The translations under genes were made by a program, and so were the position numbers. Shown piece by piece: positions 26,526 to 37,810 of a DNA stretch of 64,000 nt (the first letter of the stretch is position 1; each line of letters starts with the position of its first letter). The notes beneath the pieces are model-generated. The model searched no databases and had not been told where the DNA came from. It saw nothing but the letters and a program-made list of their open reading frames with translations. The stretch spans positions 102,796,001-102,860,000 of the forward strand of contig NC_043000.1 in the NCBI RefSeq assembly GCF_006345805.1. The letters are read 5' to 3'. The stretch is from Octopus sinensis (Eukaryota).

Positions 26526-29500
26526 CAATGAGAGAACTGTGTGCATATCGAAGTGCATCCATGATAACACTTTCAACAGCGTAGTTGCTTTGGTAATCTC
26601 CCCGAGGTGGGTTTCGGTTTAAGAAGTTTTGAAGTAAGCGTTCAAACTGACTTGGTAAATGCTGGATTAGTTGGTAATGGATGGATTGGGAGTTGAAGTT
26701 CATGTAAGTAATCATCAAATCCCGGAGCAGTGGGAAGAGGGGATGAGAGCGGTAAGCACTAGATTTGTCCATGATGAGATGTTCAATAAATGCTTCTTGC
26801 GAAGACAGCATTGGTGGACGGTGAGAAAACTTACAGTTTGTAGAAACCCCCATTTGACAGTTTGGATCTCCAGAATGCGGAGGAAACTGCATATGTTGAA
26901 GTCCAGCATTAGGAATTTTGGCCTGAGGCACCATTTGTACAGGTTGCATTGAATTTACAGGCTGCGGAACTTGATGATTAACATTTGCCCCTCTCCCCAT
27001 ATCTACTGGCCAATTACCCTGGGGACATGCCTGTGGTGGCATATTGCCGTTCAGCATGTTTGGATGATGGTGAGGACCTAAATGGTTAGATGGAAGATCC
27101 ATCCCTACTCTGTTTCTAATTTCCATGTGTGACATGTTGGGGTTTGAAATGGAATGAGGTGGTACAGATGATTGGACACACTGTGACGGCGGCCGGACTG
27201 CACTCCGGGGGCACATATAGCGTGAATTTGAATGATGCATTTGTAAAGAATTGTTCATATTCATAGGAGGGTATCCTTGTTGCTGATGTAACTGTTGCTG
27301 CTGCTGCTGCTGTTGTTGCTGTTGCTGATGATGTTGTTGCTGTGACCACGATTGTGCTGGCAGTTGATTCTGTGATGTCATGTGAGCATCATGCATATAG
27401 GGTTGTTTTTGAGCACTATACCCTTGACTATCAGGGTCTTGTTTAAATGGTTTCATAATTGGTGCTAACTGGTTAGGCATCCCAGGGTAACCCCCAACAT
27501 GCTCCGCGTTATGTTGCAAATGCTGGTTAGCTTCCAACCCTTTTGGTAAACAGGCACTCTGATAAGCCGGTCCTGAATGGGCCATTGTTTGTTGCATTGC
27601 CTGACCCATTTCACTACCTTGCGATCTGTAATTAGTGAAAGAAGTATTAGGGGAGGGCTGAGGTGGGATGTTAGAGGAGTGAGAATTAGATGGAGGAAAG
27701 TCAGAGTTTGTCATGATACAACTTCCATTGGGTTGACCAGTATAATCTGAGCTGCCATAGTTACCAACTCTTTGGCAAGGGTTCTGATTATGTTCAGAAT
27801 TCAGAGATTCTTTTCCAAAGTTGGTGGGAAAGTCTACAACTGCATTATTATTGTCCAAACCAGATTGATCAGAAGTGGGTACACCTTGAGAAAATTCATG
27901 ATAAGGATTAATTGTGGCCTGCCCATTGTTACTAGGCACTGTGTAGGGAGCCACATCTTTGCTATGATTGAGTCGTGGAAGTATTTTAGATTGAACTGAT
28001 TTCTGTGATGGATCTGATGAACATGTTGACATATTTGTAGACATATTAAACCCATATTGCTGTATACAACCTTGATGAGATGATTGTTTGTTGCAGGAAG
28101 CATATGCATTAGCTTGTTGCTGGGAAGAATATTGCTTCATGTTAGAAAGATGTTCTCTTTGATTTTGGTTCATTGCGGCACCAGACATCATCATGTTTTC
28201 AGTCTTCACAACTGATTGTCCGGCCATGTCCGACCTGTTATACATCATTTGCTGTGGGTGGTGATGCTGCTGGGAAGGCTCTGTTTTGATGGTCAAGCTA
28301 TCTTGTGATGACAACATGTCGTTACTTTGGCATACCGAAGACTGGGAACTGTAACTTTTCACACTTGCTGCATCTCCAGAGAAGTAGCCCTGATCAAGGG
28401 GTGACTCTAAAGTTCTACCATTGTTACCCTTTTGTAAAGCAGCCAACTGCTGGTCATCATACTTAAAGCTGCAGTTCGACATAGGACGCATTGGCTGGTG
28501 CAAACAATCTGCATGTGATAGTTTTGCAGTGTTATTGAAGTTGTGATGATTGTTTGACATTTTCATGTGGTGTTGCATATTTTGGACATTGACCACAGGG
28601 GGTGAGGGACGGCCATATTTGTTCTGAGGCTGTAAAGCGTAGGCTGAGTTATGTTGACGATACATTTCAGGTTTCCCAGGAGGAGCATGTCCGTGATTCT
28701 GAGATTGAGGACAGTTATTGTTGTTGTTATTACTGTTATGGTGGTGTACATCATTACTGCTGCCAATACCCACCATATTGTATTTTGAAGATGTGGGGTT
28801 ATGGTTCATAATTTTGGGTGGGCCTTCAGCAAAGGTTACTGTTCGAGTATGAAAGTTAGAATTTTCTCCCGATGAAGGTGTAGAGCAATGTGGATGATGT
28901 TGATGAGAGCCACCACAACAGCTATGAGTCATAGATGATGACATGTAGGAGGAATGCATGCAGTTGGTGGGAGTGGTTTGTTGTTGACTTTGAGGCATTG
29001 GGTGATAGTTACTGTGTTTATTGGTGGAATTTGATGGAACTGATGAGGTTAGTTGTGTTGGAGCGCAAGGAGCTTTGAACCCTTGCTCTGACTGCATGTG
29101 AAGAGGTGCACTGATTGCTTTACCAACGTAAGACTGGGAAGATTTACCATGATGCATTGGTTTCCCAGACATATGACGGGGCAGTGAAGAAGACACGTTG
29201 TTCATGAGCGGATAATGAGGGCTACTCATATGCTGAATGTTCTCTTTACCCATTGGCATTGATAAGTTTGGCATCATTGGACCTTTCATCCCCATTCCCA
29301 TATCTGGTGTTCTATGCATTTGATGAGTAATATCTACAGAGTTGCAGTAGTTTTCATTTGTTTGTGTGTTGTTCATCTGTGATGTCTGGTCCATCATGTA
29401 GTCAATTAAATCAATATCCATACTGTCCTTTATGCCCATATCCTCGCATATCTCCTCCAGCAGTTCATTTGGAAGACGTTCATCATCCATTTCTTCAGGT

Positions 29501-29610
29501 ACAGGAGAAGCTGGGGTAGTAGGAGAACTGAGAGCATCCAAACCAGATGCTGATACTGAAGTGACACTTGATGTTGAAGGGCTGGGAGGTGCATCACGGT
29601 ACTCCATCAA
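26526..29610 (-). CDS. Giant internal coding exon (3,085 nt, phase 0 in, phase 1 out) of a putative TALE-class (MEIS/PKNOX-related) transcription factor
   Basis: Uninterrupted 1,059-codon ORF in repeat-rich DNA. Acceptor ttttctctatttcag|TTGATGGAG at 29611/29610 and donor CTCATTG|gtaag at 26526/26525 trim the ORF. The C-terminal MDKSSAYRSHPLFPLLRDL...NYAVESVIMDALRYAHSSL resembles the MEIS/PKNOX N-terminal domain (DKxxIYxHPLFPLL...NxELDxLMIxAIQVLRFHL). The exon is certain; the family call is less so. Confidence 0.9.
27277..27342 (-). repeat. Coding CAG/CAA repeat (polyQ/H tract)
   Basis: QQQHHQQQQQQQQQQQLHQQQ in the large exon. Confidence 0.95.
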
Positions 29611-30567
29611 CTGAAATAGAGAAAATAAATATATGAAAATCATATCAATATTTAGAATTGGAAATTTTAGGGGAAAGGTCTCCTCCTACCAAATATAAAT
29701 GTACACACATGTATAACATGAGTCAACAAAGGAACATCTTCATGAACATTGAACCTGCTCCAAATAGCTGCCAAATTTCAACAAACCATGCTCTACTGTC
29801 TTAATCACACCTTGCTGTCTTAAAAGGAAGAACACAGTACATATTGTAGTCCCACTATGGTATAACTGAATAAAACAAGACTGTCATGACTGGACTGCCT
29901 TGGAAGGCTGACTTGCTTTTTGCTTCAATAGTTGTTTCTAACATATTGAGCTATGAAAATGGCCTCTCTATGGTTATACAACATGCTAAAAATAGCTGCT
30001 AAATTTCCCTCAAACATCAGACAGGATGGACATAACCAGAATGATTTTTGTCATAAGTTTGATCAGTCGCAACAAACTAGGAGCTAAACATCAACTACAA
30101 ATAAAAAAATAAAGCCCCTCAGGGATAAGATGCTAGTATTCTTGATGACGATGATCACATACATATTTCAGATATCAGGTGAACTGAAACAATGTAGAAT
30201 AAATTGCTTAAACCCAAGAACATAATGAATGAAATTGCTTGCAACAGAAATGGATCTATGACTATTTTATCTCTACACCTTTAGCATCATCATCATTTTA
30301 ATGTCCACTTTCCCATGCTTGCATGGATCAGATAGAATTCATTGATGCAGATATTTTCTGTAGCTGGATGCCCTTTCTGCCACCAACCCTCACCTGTTCC
30401 CAAGCAAGGTAACATTCCACCATAATCAGACATGTTTTGACCAAATATTGGAAATGAAGGACCACTTGCTTGATGGTGATACTAGTTTACAACTATCACA
30501 TGATGTCAGGGTAAGGAGACAGTAACATATGCACACACAGATATACATATGTACACAACAGGCTTCT

Positions 30568-30795
30568 TTAACCCTTTCATTACCAACCCGGCTGAAACCG
30601 GCTCTGGCTCTGAGTACAAATGTCTTGTTTTCATAAGTTATGAATTAAAATCTTCCACCAAACCTTAGTCACAATTTATGTTCCTAACACTAGCTGAATG
30701 ATAACTAAGTTATTTTACTAAATTCTTTGTTATATTTAAAGTAATTGAAAGAAACACAGAGCATCTAAAAATAAATACAGTAATGAAAAGGTTAA
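30568..30795 (+). mobile_element. TTAA-flanked piggyBac-type MITE, family E, nested in a minus-strand SINE A
   Basis: ttaa-ccctttcattac...gtaatgaaaagg-ttaa; the SINE sequence ggcttct / atttctgtctaccaaat is split around it. Near-identical inverted copy at 50555-50777. Confidence 0.88.
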
Positions 30796-33138
30796 ATTTC
30801 TGTCTACCAAATCTACCCACAAGGCTTTGGTCAAACCAGGGCTATTGTAGAAGATAAGGTACCACACAGTGAAATTGAATCCAAAACCTTGTGGTTGGGA
30901 AGCAAGTTTCTTACCACACAACAATGTCTGTGCTTTGCCATACCTACAATAATTATTCCCCAATTTTCATGTTCCCATTGCCTTTCAGTTTAAGCATTTT
31001 CAGTTTTATGTATATCTCTTTCCAAAGCAAGGCACTAGTTAATATCTTCATTCAGCAATTAGTTTTGAGCTTGCAATTCAGTAGTAATCTTTAAGAAAAG
31101 CACAAGAGCGTCAACATTTTGAAATGTGATAGTTTTGTTGTGACAACAGTTTATGAAACACCATTAAAACATCAATTTTTGATGCAATTATTTGTTACTG
31201 GAATACACTTTGAAGTCAACATAGTCATTACGCTCAGTGTAAACAAACAAAATAAGGTTTAGAATTATATTATAAAAATGCTTCACAGAATTAAAACAAG
31301 ATGCATGGCTTCAAGGCATGGGCATGGTTATTGGGGCAGGTGTGGCTATAGATACAGGTAGGGTTGTCAAGTAAGAAGTTTGCTTCCCAAACAAATGGTT
31401 TTATCCCACTGAATGGCACCACGAGCAAGTATTTTTTTTACAGGCTTACCAAAGCCATATGAGTGGATTTGATAGACGGAAACTGAAAGAAACCAGTTGT
31501 GTGTGTGTGTGTGTGTGCGTGCATGCACATGCATGCGTGTGTTTGTGCATATGTTTCTGTCTACTTGCTTTGTCTTTTGCATGATAGTTTTAAACCAGTG
31601 TCACTGTCATGATGAGAGTGGTCCCCTTCATTTCTAATCTTCTAGCAAAGAGATCTGGACGTTGGAAAATATTACTTTATTTGACAACTTATAAAGCATA
31701 CTATATAAGCATGCTATAAGAGAAATTGCCTAGGAAAATTACCTTGTATTTTGCAATATGCACAAGGTCAAAGTTTAGATAGACAAGTGTTGTGGCTTAA
31801 AAAATTACTGTATGCTTTATAAGCTCATGCACCTTATATGTTGACAGTTAGCAAGAAAGAGTGGGGTGTGAGAAATAGCGAGACACATGGATAGAACAAG
31901 AGATGCTGCTTCTGGAACAAATTTGACAGCTGAAAATTTAGAGAAATTCAGATATTGTAATATAAGGCCTAGATAAAGATCAAAATATTGATCATAGATC
32001 TTGATATCTTCCCAACTCTAAACCTTAATTTCATGCTACTATCAAAATACTAACTTGACTGGGGCTAGTAACTGAGAACAAACAGTAACTTTATTTCCTC
32101 AGGTTAGCTAGTAACCATTTCTAGACTACAATGGTCTATAGACCTGAGCTAGGCAACCAAAGATACGTAGAACTAAGCTATGCAACAATTTCTGCAGATA
32201 TCCACAGAACTGAATAATTAACAAATGCTTGACACTTCTTACCACACAGCCATTCCAGTCATTATTAACCTTTTTAAAGTTTTTTTTTTCTTTTCTGGTT
32301 ATTAGTACTTAGGCAACACTATATAACAGTGAGGTCAGTACTACTTTTTTTTTCCAACTATTTTTCTTTGTTTCCCCTTGTTTTAGTTTTAAAAAGAAAA
32401 AAAAGGCAGATTTTTAAAACATTTTTTTATATGTTGTCCCTGTCAGAAAGGTAGACAACAGGACTGAAATATTCTACAAAATGAAGTGAAATTATTGATT
32501 GAAGAGCTTTTTCTAAAGAAATATATGAGAATGAATGTGTGTGTATGTATGTGTGTGTGCGCGTATCTGTGAGTATGTGAGGGAAGCAAACTCAGAACTG
32601 TGAGAATGAGAGTAAAACATGAACTACCATCCTAATCAGTAAAGAACAGAGCTATGAATGAAAGTATGGACAGCAAGGGAAAGTAGTATCAAAAATAGAA
32701 ACACAGTTGAACTGAATGAAAGGAGGGAAACTGGGAATAAGGGAGAGGGCAAATATATCAAGATATGAGAGAGAGTGCGGGGAGAGGGAGGGAGGGAGGG
32801 AGAGAGAGAGGGAGAGAGAAAGACAACATTAAATCCACGTGAGGGAAGTATTTACAAATAATGGAACAAAACTGAGATGAAAGAAAGCTGGGAAAGTAAG
32901 TAAAATGTAGGTAAAAACTAAAATGATTCAGCAAAGAATTTTTGGTATTTAAAGAAGAGAAAAAAAAAAAAAATTAAAACAAAATAATAAGTTGGCAAGT
33001 TCATTGGAAATACCTGGCCAAGCAAGAGGAGATGTTAAAACAGAAAATAATTTTTCTTCATGTTGTAAAGAAGCAGAAGAAGGAGTTGAGCAAAGTTGTT
33101 CTTCAGAAAGGGAGGGCTATATACAAGTAATGAAAATA

Positions 33139-33539
33139 TAACTAGAAAAGCACTTGGAGAGCGCAGACCTCCGCCAAGCAGCTCCTTTTAAGATAGATAC
33201 ATGAGTAAAATTACTAATAGAGAAACAATAATGAACTTTGGAAACAGCAATGCCACCATAGGTTACGTGGAAATGATGAATGTTTTCAAGGGAGATAATC
33301 AATGAATGTAACATTGTAATACTTCATGTAATGTAAATATAACAAATGATAAATCCTTCAAGAATCCATAAAAATTCCCAGATCACTACCAAAATTTCAC
33401 CATCTGTTCCTTGTGTCATTACCAACTTTTCCTGCAAGTTTCATCAAATACTGTTCACAACTTTTTGAGTTATTTTGCACACAGACGGACAAACCAATGC
33501 TGATGAAAACATAACCTCTTTCCTTGGCGGAGGTAATAA
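33139..33539 (-). mobile_element. DINE-1/HINE-like non-autonomous Helentron element
   Basis: Subterminal inverted repeats acctccgccaag (33167-33178) and cttggcggaggt (33523-33534), a 5' partial inverted repeat, a gtttgtccgtctgt microsatellite seed, and a 3' stem-loop gcgct...agtgc followed by ttttctagtt. Confidence 0.8.
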
Positions 33540-34022
33540 TGATTTCTGGTTTAGGCATAAGGCCACTAATTTTGAGGGGAGGGAGATAGTCAGTGTCACT
33601 GATCCCAGTACTTATTTTTAAGTCTGATACTTATTCTATTGGTCTTCTTCGCTGAACCACTAAGTTATAGGGATGTAAACAAACCAGCATTGAAGTGGAG
33701 AGCAGGTGGAGGTAAAGACAAAGGCACACACAACTGGGCCCGATATTTCAATTCCTGAATAACTCAAAATTTCAACTGCTATGTTTGTCACATTCAGATT
33801 ATTTTATCAAATGTAATACTTATTTATTCACATTCCTATTAGGAAGAAACTGTGCCATGCAATGTTCTAGCTTTGCTTCACTCAAGGAGCAGTTATCTAC
33901 CCTGTCACTGTATATAAATGTGCTTTTCCACAACTATAAGTGGCTTAACTGTTATTTCTAGCAATATATGCACTTGTAGCACATATAATCACAATTAGTA
34001 ATGACTTAATTTTGCCTATACA

Positions 34023-34061
<39 letters not shown>

Positions 34062-34179
34062 ATATAAATAGATGTCTGTATTTTTCCCTTGTTACCAATT
34101 AACACGGAAAAAATATTTGAATTACACCTGCGTTAAACTCCATTTATTTATTTATATGTATATATATATATATATATAC

Positions 34180-35068
34180 ATAGGATGCAGTATGTCATCT
34201 AAATTATGCATAAGGCCAGTATGTCATCTAAATTATGCAAAAATGAAAATAACACTGACATCTCATTTTAACTGATATATTTACCAAAATTAACATAAAA
34301 ACATCTTGAAATACTAAAGTGTAAACTTATTCAATAAAATCGCCATCAGCTTCAACCACAGAATCCAGTAGACTTCAGAATCTCCTGCAACTCTTCTGGA
34401 TGGTCTCCTTGTTTAAGTTGGTGAATGCTGCCATAATCCTTGCCTTCAGTTCATCTTTGGTGTGTTACAAGTTTTGTTGGTATCTCATACAACTGCACCC
34501 CACACATAATAATCAAGGGGGTTGCAGTCTGGGGAGTTAGGTGGCCAGATGTTAAAGGTGATGTAGTCGCAGAAATTGTCTGACAGCCATGACTGGGTTC
34601 TCCTGCTTGTGTGGCATGCATAATCTTGTTGCCAGACATAGGGTCTTCCAGCAACCATTTTCTTGATTAAGGACAGTACTACCTCCTCCTGGAACTTGAT
34701 GCAGGCCTCCATGTTGAGTCTGAGGTCATGTAGGAAGATGAATGGAGGCATAACATCACCATCACTAGTGATCACTCCAAACACCATGATGTGATTGGAT
34801 GTCTGATTTTTATCACTCTCAAAACATGTTTTGAGGACACGGCAAACACTCAGAAATGTTTGTATTGGATCTTCCGGCACGATTGCCAAGCAGTACAGCA
34901 TGTTGTTTCCAAATTTCTAGCAGACAAAATTGCATCGTGGTGCTGTTTTTCTCAAAGATGATGCCCAAACTTACCCTACTGCACAGTGTAGTCAACAAAA
35001 TCAAAAACTATGTGCATGCGCGAAATTAAAAACCTAAAATGGCGACAATTTACCCTTCACACCCTTCA
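34180..35068 (-). mobile_element. Internally deleted Tc1/mariner-superfamily transposon (maT/DD37D-like)
   Basis: IMVFGVITSDG...YVWQQDYACHTSRRTQSWL...WPPNSPDCNPLDYYVWGAV, then TKDELKARIMAAF...VVEADGDFIE* (stop at 34327). TA-rich flanks; a second 3'-end fragment lies at ~51222-51465. Confidence 0.88.
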
Positions 35069-35110
35069 TATATATAGTAGAATAATAGAAAAAGTTCTGG
35101 GTACAGTATA

Positions 35111-35477
35111 ATATATTTGAAAAAATGAGTAGAGATGGCTTTTGTGGGTATAATATTTATTTTAATGGTAATGTTTACAGTTACCCTAATGAGTTTCGAT
35201 AGCTGTTTTCAAACTGAAATTCTGTGGTTTAGAAGATTGTTTACATAGCAAAAGATTTTTTCTTACAAGTATACAAATAAAAAAAATTTATTTATTTTTA
35301 TTTGTATACTTGTAAGAAAAAAATCATTTGCTATATAAACAACCTTCTAAACCACAGAATTTCAGTTTGAAAACAGCTATTGAAAACCTTGAAACTCATT
35401 TGAGTAACTTTTAATATTATCATTAAAACAAAAACTATCCCCCCAAAAGCCATCTCTATTCATTTTTTCAAATATAT
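35111..35477. repeat. Long imperfect palindrome, ~175-180-bp arms
   Basis: tatatttgaaaaaatgagtagagatggcttttg...cttacaagtatacaaataaaaa versus tttttatttgtatacttgtaag...caaaagccatctctattcattttttcaaatata. Confidence 0.93.
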
Positions 35478-35517
35478 AAGATTTAAATCCAAGCCTAAGA
35501 CATTAGATCTTTGTAAC

Positions 35518-35907
35518 TGTTATATCGAACGTTCTGATGACCTCTACTCAACTCTGACGTCTTGACTTCTATATCTACGTATTGGTCCAGCCTACTTCAT
35601 CGTCTGGGGGCATCCACACAACATCTCCCCTTTTTGAGTTTTTTAAACCTGAATTTATCAATTTTATTTCCTCGGTGAGAAACTGGCATATCTTTTTCTC
35701 TTAGCGTTGATTTCCATAATTTCTGTAGGTTTTCTTTTCCCGTTCGACCTACGTGTTGGTTCTGCTTTTGCTTATGGTTCTGGGACTGTGTCGCCACAGT
35801 TATATCGCACGTTCGGATGACCTCTACTCAACTCTTGACATCTAGACTTCTTCTATATCTACATATTGGGCTAGCCTACTTCATCGTCTGGGGGCGTCCA
35901 CACAACA
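35518..35907 (-). mobile_element. TRIM-like miniature LTR retroelement (390 bp)
   Basis: Direct repeats 35518-35623 and 35798-35907 with outer TGT...ACA ends, 5-bp TSD gtaac (35513-35517 / 35908-35912), PBS-like tggcgac after the 5' LTR and PPT aaaaaggggaga abutting the 3' LTR. Confidence 0.9.
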
Positions 35908-36843
35908 GTAACCTAATGCAATAAAGTGTTACTCTGATGATGATCACTTGTTATTAAGCAATCCCATTGCACTTAGACCATCCAGTGCAGAGCTCCAAAC
36001 CATCACAATGGGGAAATGTATGTAGGAACCAATGATATAAATTTGTATTTATCATAATTTCTTGGCATATCATAACCAGTAATACTACTAAGTACAGTAG
36101 TAATGCTACTAAGTAGGACTAAAATTCTTCAAGGTAGTGCCCCAGCATGGCCACAGTCTAAAGACTGAAACAAGTAAAAGAAAATAAAAGAAATTCATCT
36201 GAATTAGTCATGCATTTCAAACTTCAGTGGCATGATTGTTTATTTTTAAGGCCAGATCCAGCCAGTTTAAACATAAATCCAGTTGAATATTTCGGCAAGA
36301 TATGACTGGTTCAACTGCTAAAAAGTTAAAGAGTTGTGGTCTGCTCTTTGCTCTTACATTTTATCTATTTATCTATTTCTCAAACACCACTCCTTTCTCT
36401 TAATTGTTTGTCACTTATTTTCTTGCTCACTGCCAGCTTTTATGGTGTACATGAGCTTATAAAGCAGACAGCAATTTTAAACCACAACATTTCCCTGAAC
36501 ACTGACTTTGTGTATATCATAAAATAGTGGGTGATTTCCCTAGGCCTTTTCTTTTATAAGTATGCTATACAAGCTGTCAGATAAGGTAATATTTTTCCCA
36601 TGGCCAGACCTGTTTGCTTGGAAGGTTGGAAATGAAGGGCACCACTCTCATGACAGCAACACTTGTTTACAACTATTATGCAAAGACAAGACAAGGGGTC
36701 AGTAACAAATGCACACACACATGTGTATATATATATGATGGATTCCACATAATTCCTGCCTACCATATCCACTCACAAGACATTAGGAGTCCTGTGGCTA
36801 TAGCAGAAGATACTTGTCCAGTGGGACAGAACTTGAAAAGATG

Positions 36844-37025
36844 TATTGGGTTGTCCGGAAAGTTTGCGCTGATTTATAGTAGCTTACCTCTCGACTTATT
36901 TTAGAACATAGTTGAGTCCATAAAATAGGATTTCACTACACCTCCATTTAGAGCACAGTTTAAGCGACATTTTCGTGGAAGAAGGTTTATGTTCCTATAA
37001 CCTGTGTCAAGTCTGTAACCCTTTC
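36844..37025 (+). mobile_element. Mariner-like terminal fragment
   Basis: Begins ta-ttgggttgtccggaaagtt, a mariner-type TIR; no partner TIR or transposase seen. Confidence 0.5.
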
Positions 37026-37519
37026 TGATCACAAGAAGGAGTAGTTGGAGAGCATCATAGCCGTGTGTTAAGTAGAATTCTTTGGAGTTTGAATAATTTC
37101 CTCTGGAAACACGTGAGTTTCATCCATCATCTTTAAACAATCCTTATTCAGGGACCTCTTGAGCAGGATGAGCTACTTGACCTGAGGAAAATTCTAACTG
37201 GGCCCCACCGCAAGGTCATGCATTGTCTATCCGGATATGAGTCCACTATGTCACCCTCATGTGGTTGTGACTGCATGTGCCTGGTGTACTTTTATCAGAT
37301 GGGTAGTCATGATGGGTATATATTGGGCTTCGTATATTTGTGCCCCAGCTTCACGTCTATGGTGTGTGCTGTTCTCTCAATAATTATAATAATAAACACA
37401 AACACATTTAAATATGTTGGATTCTTAATAATAATAAAAATAACCACTTGTTTAATCTCAAGGGTATTTCTTTAACTGGGTCATATAGTATATATGTACA
37501 CATTTTGGAGAGAGTTGAG

Positions 37520-37810
37520 AGCAACATTTAAGACTCTGCATCATTGATTTAATTACAGTTTTCCCATGATGACAGTTCTGTCATCGCTTGCAGTGATCCT
37601 TTGTCATCTCATTTGTTGAGACTCAGCAATTTCAGTTTCAAAACTGACATCCCCAACTCTTGCCACCTATTTCCCAATCTCCTTTCTCCTATGGATATCT
37701 ACCAACCTACTAACCTACCTAGCCTCGACAAACAGCACATGGCACCGCACTGTTTCATCTGGTATCCATTATCCATTTGCATCACATGTTCATACCAGCA
37801 AAGTCCTCCT
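37520..37810 (-). mobile_element. Highly degraded RTE-clade LINE 3' end
   Basis: Minus strand LCWYEHVMQMD recalls the RTE RLRWYGHVMRMD motif; a similar remnant (LHWYG) lies at ~46900-47100 (+). Confidence 0.5.

Noticed and set aside
26671-29614. Short ORFs overlapping the large exon on either strand
   Set aside because: Shadow frames of a long coding exon with no independent signals.
26464-29643. Treating the 1,059-aa ORF as a complete single-exon gene
   Set aside because: The first 11 codons (MIFIYLFSLFQ) are a polypyrimidine tract and AG, and the last ~20 follow a gtaag donor; both are intronic read-through.
35518-35907. CRISPR-like or simple tandem repeat interpretation of the direct repeats
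   Set aside because: Only two ~108-bp repeats in eukaryotic DNA, with TSD, PBS and PPT typical of LTR elements.
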